From a virus: a stretch of 37,665 bases of DNA. The stretch's first letter is position 1; every line of letters starts with the position of its first letter. Location of the stretch: the IMG/VR virus record IMGVR_UViG_3300045988_106261, positions 1 to 37,665 of that record; one strand, written 5' to 3'. The translations under genes and the position numbers were made by a program. Below, piece by piece: positions 1 through 6,204 of this stretch. A model generated the notes under the pieces. The model was not told the DNA's origin. It did no database searches and saw only the letters and a list, made by a program, of their open reading frames with translations.

Positions 1-55
1 TGCGGGTAGTGGGGGTCGAACAATTAAAATTGATGTGCTATCGTCAAAAACGCAC
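1..55. repeat. attL core (left copy of the 55-bp direct repeat)
   Basis: tgcgggtagtgggggtcgaacaattaaaattgatgtgctatcgtcaaaaacgcac is identical base for base to 37611-37665. Confidence 0.9.
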
Positions 56-138
56 CATAAACTTACGAAAGAGCGAAGGAATAACGCAGCTTTGTTGGCT
101 TATGCCCAATTCGTTTTTTGACATTTAGAAAAAAAACT

Positions 139-156
139 GTTACCAAAAGTGTTACC
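139..156. promoter_or_regulatory. Tandem TGTTACC repeats, candidate integrase arm-type binding sites (left arm)
   Basis: TGTTACCAAAAGTGTTACC sits directly next to the integrase stop codon. A near-identical TGTTACCAAAAATGTTACC occurs in the same orientation at 37539-37557. Confidence 0.5.
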
Positions 157-160
157 CGAA

Positions 161-1294
161 TCACCCTTGAGCCTTCCTGAATGCAGCGGTGGTCGCAGCC
201 GCCAAATCTTCACGCTGGCCGTCCAGCTCGTGGCGGTAAACCCCTGCGGTATCCATGTTCTTGCTGTGGCCTACCAGCATTTTCAGTTGGCTGTCGGTCA
301 GCACGCCGGACTCGACGCTGACGAACGTATGCCGCATCTCATACAGCGTAACCTGTGGCTCAATTCCGTTATCCTTCTGGTACTTCTTCCAGCGCTTGAA
401 TAAAGCCCTCTGGTTCGGAATCTGGAACAAAGGGGTGGTATAGTTCAGCGGGATACCGGAAGCCTTCAGCAAGGCCACCTGCGCTTCGTATGCCTCACGG
501 GCTTCCTTCCCCATGTCGAACGAACGAATAGCGTTTTCATTCTTTCCGGTGGTTTCTTCATCCATCCGGTTGATGCTGCGGCGCAGATTGACGGTGTTCC
601 CCTTAATGTCGCCGTACCAGAGCCCCACAAGCTCCCCCGGGCGTACACCTGTAGCCACCGTAAAACGATAGGCATAAATATATTCGTCAAAGACTCGCTT
701 TCCATAGTAAAGGCGGCTATCCACGTCAAACAGGATTTTCAATGCAGATGGCTGTAAGATATTTTTCTTCCCCATCCGGGCATTCTTCGGGATCGACAGC
801 TCAGGGAACAGGGCGCTGTACTTGTTCCGGCGGCACCATTTCACAAAGCTGATTTCTGTCGAGCGGATCGTCATAAGGGTTTTGCGGCTCAGAGGTTTGT
901 CACTCGTGCGCTTTCCCCCTTTTTTGAGGCAGCGCTTTTTGAAAGACATGTCAATCGCCTTTTGCAGATCGCCCTCGGTCAGCTCGTCGATGCGGATGTT
1001 CCCACACACCGGGAGAATGTAGTATTCGCCGTATTTGTTGCACTGGATCACATAGGACGTGCCGCAGGTCAGCTTCAGCTCTTCCACCCACTCGGCATAG
1101 AGCGTGGCCACCTTCTTCCTGCCGTCCCGGATGCTGTCATCAAGCCATGCATCCGCTTTTGCGTTTGCTTCACGCTGGCCGGTGCGGCCGGGTGTGCTGC
1201 TGTAAAACCGCTTGCGGGTGCCGTTCTTCTGCACCGCGATGCACCAGCGCTTTTCCTTTTCTACCCAAAATGCCGTGTTGACTCGTTTTTTCAT
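161..1294 (-). CDS. int: Tyrosine-type site-specific integrase
   Basis: A 378-aa ORF starts at ATG 1292-1294 (rc), preceded by GGAGGTG (rc of 1301-1307) with a 6-nt spacer. The ORF-track extension to 1411 has no RBS. Tyrosine-recombinase signature is visible: GVRPGELVGL, LYEMRHTFVS, LVGHSKNMDTAGVYRH (catalytic R, H/R and Y). The gene is adjacent to attL. Confidence 0.95.
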   Translation of the reverse strand: MKKRVNTAFWVEKEKRWCIAVQKNGTRKRFYSSTPGRTGQREANAKADAWLDDSIRDGRKKVATLYAEWVEELKLTCGTSYVIQCNKYGEYYILPVCGNIRIDELTEGDLQKAIDMSFKKRCLKKGGKRTSDKPLSRKTLMTIRSTEISFVKWCRRNKYSALFPELSIPKNARMGKKNILQPSALKILFDVDSRLYYGKRVFDEYIYAYRFTVATGVRPGELVGLWYGDIKGNTVNLRRSINRMDEETTGKNENAIRSFDMGKEAREAYEAQVALLKASGIPLNYTTPLFQIPNQRALFKRWKKYQKDNGIEPQVTLYEMRHTFVSVESGVLTDSQLKMLVGHSKNMDTAGVYRHELDGQREDLAAATTAAFRKAQG

Positions 1295-1410
1295 AAAATC
1301 CACCTCCATACACAAGGGTACACTTTGACAAGCCTGCCCGGAGGTGGTATCATAAATCTGTACGGTTCCCCAACTGTACGATCTGTGATGCCATCCGGCA
1401 AGCAGATTCA

Positions 1411-1444
1411 CTCTCCCGGCGTTGGCGCGCCGGGAGAGTTTTTT
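1411..1444 (+). terminator. Intrinsic-terminator-like hairpin, T-run on plus strand
   Basis: CTCTCCCGGCG (1411-1421), loop ttggcg, CGCCGGGAGAG (1428-1438) form a perfect 11-bp stem, followed by TTTTTT (1439-1444). Confidence 0.6.
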
Positions 1445-1451
1445 ATTGCTA

Positions 1452-1490
1452 CCCGTCCATGTTCCAGCATGGGCGGGAGTTTTTATTTTT
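1452..1490 (+). terminator. Second intrinsic-terminator-like hairpin, T-run on plus strand
   Basis: CCCGTCCATG (1452-1461), loop ttccag, CATGGGCGGG (1468-1477) form a 10-bp stem with one G-U pair, followed by TTTTTATTTTT (1480-1490). The stop codon of the minus-strand gene 1483-2391 lies inside this run. Confidence 0.55.
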
Positions 1491-2391
1491 GAGCCAGATC
1501 AAACAGATATGCGCTTGCTTCTCCAAGCTCAGACTTCTGGCCGTCTGTCATGTAAGGCAAATACGGTTCAAATGCCTGATGATATTTTTCGGCCCAGTTC
1601 TGTTTCGCCTTTGCTGTTTTCAGGCCCTCGATTTTTGCCTGATACTTTTCTTCTGTACGGTGAATGATTTCCTTTACAGCATCATCCCGGAAGCCAAGGC
1701 TGCGATACTTCTTCAAATCAGCTGTAGCGCTTACCGGTGCACCGTACTTTTTGCACTTTTCAAGTTCCATCAAGCGTCCAACGCAAAAATCATATCTTGT
1801 AAAAAAGGTGGCGGGGTCCGTGGTCGTCTGAAGGATTTTGGCGCTTTCCTGAGCCTGCTTCAGAAACTGTGGAGCCAAGACCCTTGCATTCGCACGAGAA
1901 TCCACAAGGCCAGTCTGCCCCATCCATTCAGGATTAGGAGAGTAGAGTTGCGCAGGCTCATTCACTTCATTTACGTTTTCTTCTGTCATGCAGCTTTGCT
2001 TTGCATTGCATTTCGATCTCGGACGAGTAATGGTATTGAACACCATAAAAATCAAAACCATTATAAAGAACGGAATCGTAAAGAAGAAGAACAAGACCAG
2101 CAGAAGCATTCCTGTTGTTCCTGTTGTTTCTGTTGCCGCGCCCTTTCCAACTAGAAACATAGTTGGAAGAATTGCCCCCACAACACACGAAGCAATCAAT
2201 TGTTTGTTCGTAAGGCTGGTTCTTTCCCAGCTGTCAGAGGTTGTGCCGATATTCTGCCGACTTCTTCCCCGTTTTGCTTGACCGAAAGCCACGCGCGAGA
2301 CAGCGTTGGTCGTTCTGGTCACGCTCCTATCAAAGGACTTCATGGTCTGGGCATACTTTTTGGAATGCCCAACAGATTTTCTACTTGACAT
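1483..2391 (-). CDS. Two-TM membrane protein of unknown function, in the lysogeny operon downstream of the repressor (candidate superinfection-exclusion protein)
   Basis: A 302-aa ORF starts at ATG 2389-2391 (rc) with GGAGAGGAG RBS (rc of 2398-2406). Two hydrophobic segments are present (LIASCVVGAILPTMFLV and MLLLVLFFFFTIPFFIMVLIFMVF), followed by a soluble domain of about 170 aa. It lies 19 nt downstream of the repressor stop on the same strand. I recognise no family. Confidence 0.7.
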   Translation of the reverse strand: MSSRKSVGHSKKYAQTMKSFDRSVTRTTNAVSRVAFGQAKRGRSRQNIGTTSDSWERTSLTNKQLIASCVVGAILPTMFLVGKGAATETTGTTGMLLLVLFFFFTIPFFIMVLIFMVFNTITRPRSKCNAKQSCMTEENVNEVNEPAQLYSPNPEWMGQTGLVDSRANARVLAPQFLKQAQESAKILQTTTDPATFFTRYDFCVGRLMELEKCKKYGAPVSATADLKKYRSLGFRDDAVKEIIHRTEEKYQAKIEGLKTAKAKQNWAEKYHQAFEPYLPYMTDGQKSELGEASAYLFDLAQK

Positions 2392-2410
2392 GACAGACTC
2401 CTCTCCAACA

Positions 2411-3043
2411 TCATATATCCCGGCAGAGCCCCACGGCCTTGCCTTCAATGACAACGGCATTCATATCTTCCCGGCTGAGGATGATGCTGCTGAAAGCCGG
2501 ATTTTCCGGCCGCAGTTCAATGAAGTTCTCGTGCAGATAGACATGCTTCAAGGTAGCTTCTTCTCCGATCCGCACAGCAGCAATCTCGCCGTTCTCTACC
2601 TCCGGCTGGCTGCGAATTGCCACCAGATCACCGTCGTGGATGCGGGGCTCCATGCTGTCGCCCTTGCAGGTCAGCGTAAAGGTGGAGTGCCAGCGGGAAG
2701 GCACACAAACCATCTGCTCTACATTTTCTTCCGCCGTGATGGGCGTCCCGCAGGCGATCCGGCCTACCAGCGGCACCCAGTCCATCTCCGGCATAGGCTG
2801 GAAGCCCGGCGGAATAGGGCGGGAGGTCGTAGCAGCGGGCGCATCATCCACAATTGCACTTTTGGGGATGCCGAAATAATTTGCCATCTTCTCTACAGCA
2901 CCCATGCGCGGAATTTTCGTTCCGAGTTCCCATGTGGACACCGCTTTGTCACTGACGCCTGCAATCTTGCCAAGTTCAGCCTGTGACAGGCCGTGCTCCA
3001 ATCGGATTTTTTTAATATTTTCAGCGATGCTCAATTGAATCAC
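2411..3043 (-). CDS. CI/LexA-like prophage repressor (XRE-type HTH plus S24 autopeptidase domain)
   Basis: The N-terminus has the HTH IRLEHGLSQAELGKIAGVSDKAVSTWELG. The C-terminus is S24-like with KGDSMEPRIHDGDLVAI (catalytic Ser) and EATLKHV (Lys). The track start is GTG 3043. AAGGAG (rc of 3044-3049) abuts it, so TTG at 3032-3034 (8-nt spacer) is a plausible true start. Confidence 0.92.
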   Translation of the reverse strand: MIQLSIAENIKKIRLEHGLSQAELGKIAGVSDKAVSTWELGTKIPRMGAVEKMANYFGIPKSAIVDDAPAATTSRPIPPGFQPMPEMDWVPLVGRIACGTPITAEENVEQMVCVPSRWHSTFTLTCKGDSMEPRIHDGDLVAIRSQPEVENGEIAAVRIGEEATLKHVYLHENFIELRPENPAFSSIILSREDMNAVVIEGKAVGLCRDI

Positions 3044-3056
3044 TCCTTATATGTAG

Positions 3057-3085
3057 AGATTACACCAAAAGTAGAAAATTGTCAA
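3057..3085 (-). promoter_or_regulatory. Candidate repressor-maintenance promoter (leftward)
   Basis: On the minus strand: TTGACA (rc of 3080-3085), 17 nt, TAATCT (rc of 3057-3062). The -10 is weak. The predicted transcript start falls almost on the repressor RBS. An operator-like site overlaps the spacer. Confidence 0.45.
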
Positions 3086-3137
3086 CATTCAACCAAAAAT
3101 TTTCTACTTTAAGTTCTTGACATTCTACTAAAAGTGG
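3065..3137. promoter_or_regulatory. Three operator-like sites sharing the TCTACT half-site in the switch region
   Basis: TCTACTAAAAGTGGA (3124-3138 region, between -35 and -10 of the rightward promoter). TCTACTTTAAGTTCT (3103-3117). Inverted copy AGTAGAAAA (3070-3078, rc TTTTCTACT). All approximate TCTACT-N3-AGTAGA. Confidence 0.6.
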
Positions 3138-3145
3138 AGTATAGT
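3117..3145 (+). promoter_or_regulatory. Early rightward promoter (PR-like)
   Basis: TTGACA (3117-3122), 17 nt, TATAGT (3140-3145). It faces the cro-like gene and an operator-like site occupies its spacer. Confidence 0.75.
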
Positions 3146-3178
3146 GTTCTCAAGCCAAAAATGAAAGGAGGTGTAAGT

Positions 3179-3379
3179 TTGGGATTCACCGTTAAACAAG
3201 CCCGCCAGTACGCTGGTTTCACGCAGCGTGAAATGGCGGAAAAGCTTGGCATTTCGCGCGATACATACCGCAAAATCGAGCAGTCGCCCGAATGTGCCAC
3301 TGTCGCCACTGCGAAAAGAATCAGTGAGGTCGTCGGCATCTCGATTGACCAAATTTTTTTCGCCAATAAGTCTACTTAA
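3179..3379 (+). CDS. Cro/XRE-family HTH regulator
   Basis: HTH VKQARQYAGFTQREMAEKLGISRDTYRKIE. The likely start is TTG 3179, 7 nt after GGAGG (3167-3171). The track start GTG 3134 lies upstream of the predicted -10, so it would not be transcribed. ATG 3161 is an alternative start without an RBS. Confidence 0.85.
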   Translation: MGFTVKQARQYAGFTQREMAEKLGISRDTYRKIEQSPECATVATAKRISEVVGISIDQIFFANKST

Positions 3380-3387
3380 AGTAGACT
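3369..3387. promoter_or_regulatory. Perfect 19-bp palindrome carrying the operator motif (distal operator candidate)
   Basis: AGTCTACTT-A-AAGTAGACT contains a perfect TCTACT-TAA-AGTAGA. It straddles the cro stop codon (3377-3379). Confidence 0.5.
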
Positions 3388-3418
3388 ACGCAAGTTCATT
3401 CAATGGGAGGTGAACAAG

Positions 3419-3583
3419 ATGAAAATTGAAATCACTGGTGAGCCCAAAGAAATTGCCGCTCTTGTACTGGCGGTACAAGAGCGGCAACCACAGAGCGCTT
3501 TAGTTCCTAAACGAGTGATTGAAGGTTCCGTCAATGCGGATCACGCAGTGACCTCAAATAATTCAGTAAAGGACTTCGGGTGA
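3419..3583 (+). CDS. Small hypothetical early protein (54 aa, below the ORF-track cut-off)
   Basis: ATG 3419 is preceded by GGGAGGTG (3405-3412). It translates to MKIEITGEPKEIAALVLAVQERQPQSALVPKRVIEGSVNADHAVTSNNSVKDFG. Its 3' end overlaps the convergent gene 3563-4210 by 21 nt. Confidence 0.5.
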   Translation: MKIEITGEPKEIAALVLAVQERQPQSALVPKRVIEGSVNADHAVTSNNSVKDFG

Positions 3584-4210
3584 TGTAATCCATTCTGTTC
3601 CGGAGCTTTGAATCACCAAAACATCACATGCTTCGCTAACAGTTTGATTCATTTGAGCGTAATGCTGAAGTCCTGCGACTGACCGGGTTAAAAAACGAAG
3701 ATAGTCAATAGATTCCTGCAGTGGAAACGCATTGTAATCCACCGGAAACATATCCGTCAACTTAATCACAGTATCTGATTCCCCTGAAAATGCAAGACAT
3801 TTTTCATCCTTCGTATGCTCTGTAATTTCATCCGTTGTCAACGAAGATGAAAGGACACGATTTTTTCCGTCACAAATAGCCGCACCTATAAGGATCACAT
3901 TTCGTCCATTTGCAAATGCTTGAAGCTCTTTTTTGACTGACAGAATCTCATCCTCAAGGGAAAGGCACTCTTCTAGCTGTGCAAGGGTTTTGCGAATAAT
4001 GCAGGCTGTACGTCGTCCACCTGCTAACGATGAGGCTCCTGTATAGGAAATTCCGTGTCCTGCCTTCGTAAGAAAAAGCTTTTGTTCATGCTCTGTTAGG
4101 ACGAAGGATTCCGTCTCATTTGTTTCGGACCGAGTCACCGTTGTTGTTATTCTTCGGTCCGCAGACATCACAATTCCGTATTGATTTGCCAAAGTTATTG
4201 CAAGCGACAT
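3563..4210 (-). CDS. Hypothetical protein with Ntn-hydrolase/proteasome-beta-like N-terminus (cassette gene 2)
   Basis: A 215-aa ORF starts at ATG 4208-4210 (rc) with a GGGAGGTG RBS. The track extension to 4357 runs through the upstream terminator and promoter. The N-terminus M-SLAITLANQYGIVMSADRRITT and KLFLTKAGHGISYTGAS resemble proteasome-beta/HslV strands. The region is AT-rich. Confidence 0.6.
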   Translation of the reverse strand: MSLAITLANQYGIVMSADRRITTTVTRSETNETESFVLTEHEQKLFLTKAGHGISYTGASSLAGGRRTACIIRKTLAQLEECLSLEDEILSVKKELQAFANGRNVILIGAAICDGKNRVLSSSLTTDEITEHTKDEKCLAFSGESDTVIKLTDMFPVDYNAFPLQESIDYLRFLTRSVAGLQHYAQMNQTVSEACDVLVIQSSGTEWITSPEVLY

Positions 4211-4235
4211 TATATTTTCACCTCCCTTCCACCCC

Positions 4236-4264
4236 AGTATACCGCAGAAGGGAGAACACCACAA
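4236..4264 (-). promoter_or_regulatory. Candidate promoter for cassette gene 2
   Basis: Minus strand: TTGTGG (rc of 4259-4264), 17 nt, TATACT (rc of 4236-4241), about 25 nt upstream of the start codon. Confidence 0.45.
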
Positions 4265-4283
4265 GGAGGCGAACAACATGGAC

Positions 4284-4327
4284 AACAACAAAAAGCCCAG
4301 CGAACCTGCGGAAGAGGAACGCTGGGC
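4284..4327 (-). terminator. Intrinsic terminator between the two cassette genes
   Basis: GCCCAGCG (4295-4302) pairs with CGCTGGGC (4320-4327), with an inner CCT/AGG extension. On the minus strand it is followed by CTTTTTGTTGTTG (rc of 4284-4295 region). It lies 34 nt after the upstream gene's stop. Confidence 0.55.
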
Positions 4328-4360
4328 GCTGAAATTCTTAGCTAAGTGATCAACCAAAGA

Positions 4361-5194
4361 TCAGATATCGAAGCAAACACTAACAAAAGTTTTTCCAAGC
4401 GGTGTCAACCGGACAATTCCCTTATCAAAGTCCAGTGATTGCACTTTTCTGTCATTGATCTTTGCTTCGCAGGCTTTCATTTGGAGCAACTCGCTTTCCA
4501 ATATATCTCTCAGTTCATTTTTGATAAATACGTCATACAATTTCTCATCCAACAGCCAACAGTCATAGCGAATTTCTATCAACCCTTGTCGTTCCAATGA
4601 ACTTAAAGATGTGGCTTGAAGGTTGATGTCTGTGGCATGAATCATCTTAGGGTTCTTTAAAAAACAATTTGTAAACGCAGCGCTTTCGCCGTCGTTCTCC
4701 AGAGTGTATTTATACCTTGCAATCGGAAGAGTTCGATCGCCTTTGAACAGTTCCAAATTTTCAGCGTCCAAAGGAGACATCTGCGCAATCATAGCCGAAA
4801 AGGAAGGATGCACCTGACTTTGATATCTTATATCGGCAGAATTTGCAAGCAGATTTTGAAACATCTTTCGGATTTGTGGCTCGTCCATGCAAAATTTTGC
4901 ATTTTCGACAGCGGGGCCAACCACCTGCATACGAGGTTCAACCAAGCATTCTGCTGGTTTTGCATTCAACTTGTCACTCAGTGATTTTTTAAACTCTTCT
5001 AAATCATGTGCTTGTTGCAACCTCATCTTTTCTGCTGAAAAATGGATTTTGCTTGTTGCCATTGCAAGAAGATCTCCAAAAAGAGTTCCAATCTGATTAG
5101 CACCGGGGTTCAGAACAGCCTTTACAGGTTCGTCAATGCAACTTGGTACGGCATTGATGTTAAAGGTGTTGCCGCTATTCTTCTCATCACTCAT
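4361..5194 (-). CDS. Abi_alpha/DUF4393-like protein (cassette gene 1, abortive-infection-associated family)
   Basis: A 277-aa ORF starts at ATG 5192-5194 (rc) with a purine-rich RBS AAAGAAAGGAA. Motifs MFQNLLANSAD and VHPSFSAMIAQMSPLDAENLELF match my recollection of the Abi_alpha (PF14337) core. The start at 5224 or 5275 is less likely because there is no RBS and they lie upstream of or at the predicted transcript start. Confidence 0.65.
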   Translation of the reverse strand: MSDEKNSGNTFNINAVPSCIDEPVKAVLNPGANQIGTLFGDLLAMATSKIHFSAEKMRLQQAHDLEEFKKSLSDKLNAKPAECLVEPRMQVVGPAVENAKFCMDEPQIRKMFQNLLANSADIRYQSQVHPSFSAMIAQMSPLDAENLELFKGDRTLPIARYKYTLENDGESAAFTNCFLKNPKMIHATDINLQATSLSSLERQGLIEIRYDCWLLDEKLYDVFIKNELRDILESELLQMKACEAKINDRKVQSLDFDKGIVRLTPLGKTFVSVCFDI

Positions 5195-5246
5195 CTTATC
5201 ATTCCTTTCTTTGGGAGGTTCCATGGACAAACTTATTCTGATTATA

Positions 5247-5275
5247 AAAATACTCGTCACTGAGCAGAAAGTCAA
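5247..5275 (-). promoter_or_regulatory. Candidate promoter of the minus-strand cassette
   Basis: Minus strand: TTGACT (rc of 5270-5275), 17 nt, TATTTT (rc of 5247-5252). Confidence 0.55.
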
Positions 5276-5359
5276 ATTTTATACAGCAGTCTGCCGTGTG
5301 TGCGAAAGAATCGAACGTTATATTGAAATTCATCGAAAATAAGGAGGTACATATTCACC

Positions 5360-5677
5360 ATGAACGACTTGACCACATTCACTAATCCCGAGTTCGGGCA
5401 GGTGCGCATCGTCGAGATTGACGGCACACCGTGGCTCGTCGGCAAGGACGTTGCCGTGGCGCTGGGGTACAAGAATCCCCAGCGTGCTATCCGCGACCAT
5501 GTTGACGCCGAGGACAAAGGGGTGACCAAAACAGTCACCCCCTCCGGTGAGCAGGAAATGCTCATTATCAACGAGTCCGGTCTGTACAGCCTGATCCTGA
5601 GCAGCAAGATGCCCAAGGCCAAGGCTTTCAAGCGCTGGGTGACCAGCGAGGTGCTGCCCGCCAAGAAGGAGGAATAA
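5360..5677 (+). CDS. BRO-N domain antirepressor-like protein
   Basis: FTNPEFGQVRIVEIDGTPWLVGKDVAVALGY...AIRDHVD...LIINESGLYSLILSSKMPKAKAFKRWVTSEVLP is the typical Bro-N pattern. RBS is AAGGAGG (5341-5347). Confidence 0.88.
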   Translation: MNDLTTFTNPEFGQVRIVEIDGTPWLVGKDVAVALGYKNPQRAIRDHVDAEDKGVTKTVTPSGEQEMLIINESGLYSLILSSKMPKAKAFKRWVTSEVLPAKKEE

Positions 5678-5678
5678 A

Positions 5679-5942
5679 ATGTTGAACCCATCAACCATTC
5701 GCGGCACTTTCAAGCAGATCCCATACTGGAAACTGCGGGGACGGTTCCACAGCTGTGGCTACCGCGATCAGGAAGTGGCCGAGTACATCGGCATTGGCCG
5801 GGACACCATGAGCGGCAGGATGCAGGGGCACAACCCGTGGACAAGCACGGAGATCACTGCAATGTGCGAGCTGCTGGGTATCCGGCAGAATGAAATCGGG
5901 GAGTATTTCTTCCCGCGTGTCGAGAAAGGAGAATCCGCATGA
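5679..5942 (+). CDS. DUF739-like phage HTH protein
   Basis: YWKLRGRFHSCGYRDQEVAEYIGIGRDTMSGRMQGHNPWTSTEITAMCELLGIRQNEIGEYFF follows the DUF739 pattern (KLRGRI ... W ... EI ... LL.I ... I..YFF). RBS is AAGGAGGA. Confidence 0.75.
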   Translation: MLNPSTIRGTFKQIPYWKLRGRFHSCGYRDQEVAEYIGIGRDTMSGRMQGHNPWTSTEITAMCELLGIRQNEIGEYFFPRVEKGESA

Positions 5943-6202
5943 AGATCAAATCCGGCGTATGGTACTGGCTGGCCGTGGCCAGCGGGGCCGTGGGCCTGCT
6001 GTACGGCATGGGGCTGGAGGGCAGCTTCCAGACCGGCGGCACCGTCTCGGACGGCGCGTTCATCACGGCCATGGTGTTGATCCTGCTGGCGGTGTTCTTT
6101 GCCCGGCTGGGCTTTGCCGCCCATGACCGGGAGCAGCAGGAGCGCCGCAAGGTGCACCAGCAGCCCCGGAACACCGTGAAGAGCAGCAGGAAGGCAGGCT
6201 GA
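5939..6202 (+). CDS. Small membrane protein (2 predicted TM helices), unknown function
   Basis: The ATGA start overlaps the upstream stop. Hydrophobic segments are VWYWLAVASGAVGLLYGM and AFITAMVLILLAVFFARLGF, followed by a basic tail. Confidence 0.7.
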   Translation: MKIKSGVWYWLAVASGAVGLLYGMGLEGSFQTGGTVSDGAFITAMVLILLAVFFARLGFAAHDREQQERRKVHQQPRNTVKSSRKAG

Positions 6203-6204
6203 GC

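Noticed and set aside
1-55. Possibility that the att core is the 3' end of a tRNA or tmRNA gene. The reverse complement contains GTTCGACCCCC ACTACCCGCA.
   Set aside because: - With GTTCGAC as T-loop, the required 5' T-stem (GTGGG) is not present; the sequence there is AATTG.
- No anticodon arm can be drawn within the 55 bp.
- The plus-strand reading does not give a D-arm either.
- The target identity is left open.
4278-4349. A 23-aa plus-strand micro-ORF (MDNNKKPSEPAEEERWALKFLAK) with an AAGGAGG RBS between the two cassette genes.
   Set aside because: - It coincides with the minus-strand terminator hairpin and promoter, which explain the sequence better.
- It is too short to support without conservation or ribosome-profiling data.
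5223-5342. A 39-aa plus-strand ORF (MDKLILIIKILVTEQKVKFYTAVCRVCERIERYIEIHRK) with GGGAGG 4 nt upstream, just before the antirepressor gene.
   Set aside because: - The RBS spacing is very short.
- It overlaps the predicted cassette promoter and the possible 5' extension of the Abi_alpha-like gene.
- It cannot be distinguished from chance in AT-rich DNA, so it is left unannotated.
5340-5354. A 15-nt identical string, TAAGGAGGTACATAT, upstream of both the antirepressor (5340-5354) and the endolysin (36113-36127).
   Set aside because: - It is mostly a consensus RBS plus a short spacer.
- Two copies of a 15-mer built around AAGGAGG is plausible coincidence or convergent optimisation, not a mobile or regulatory repeat.
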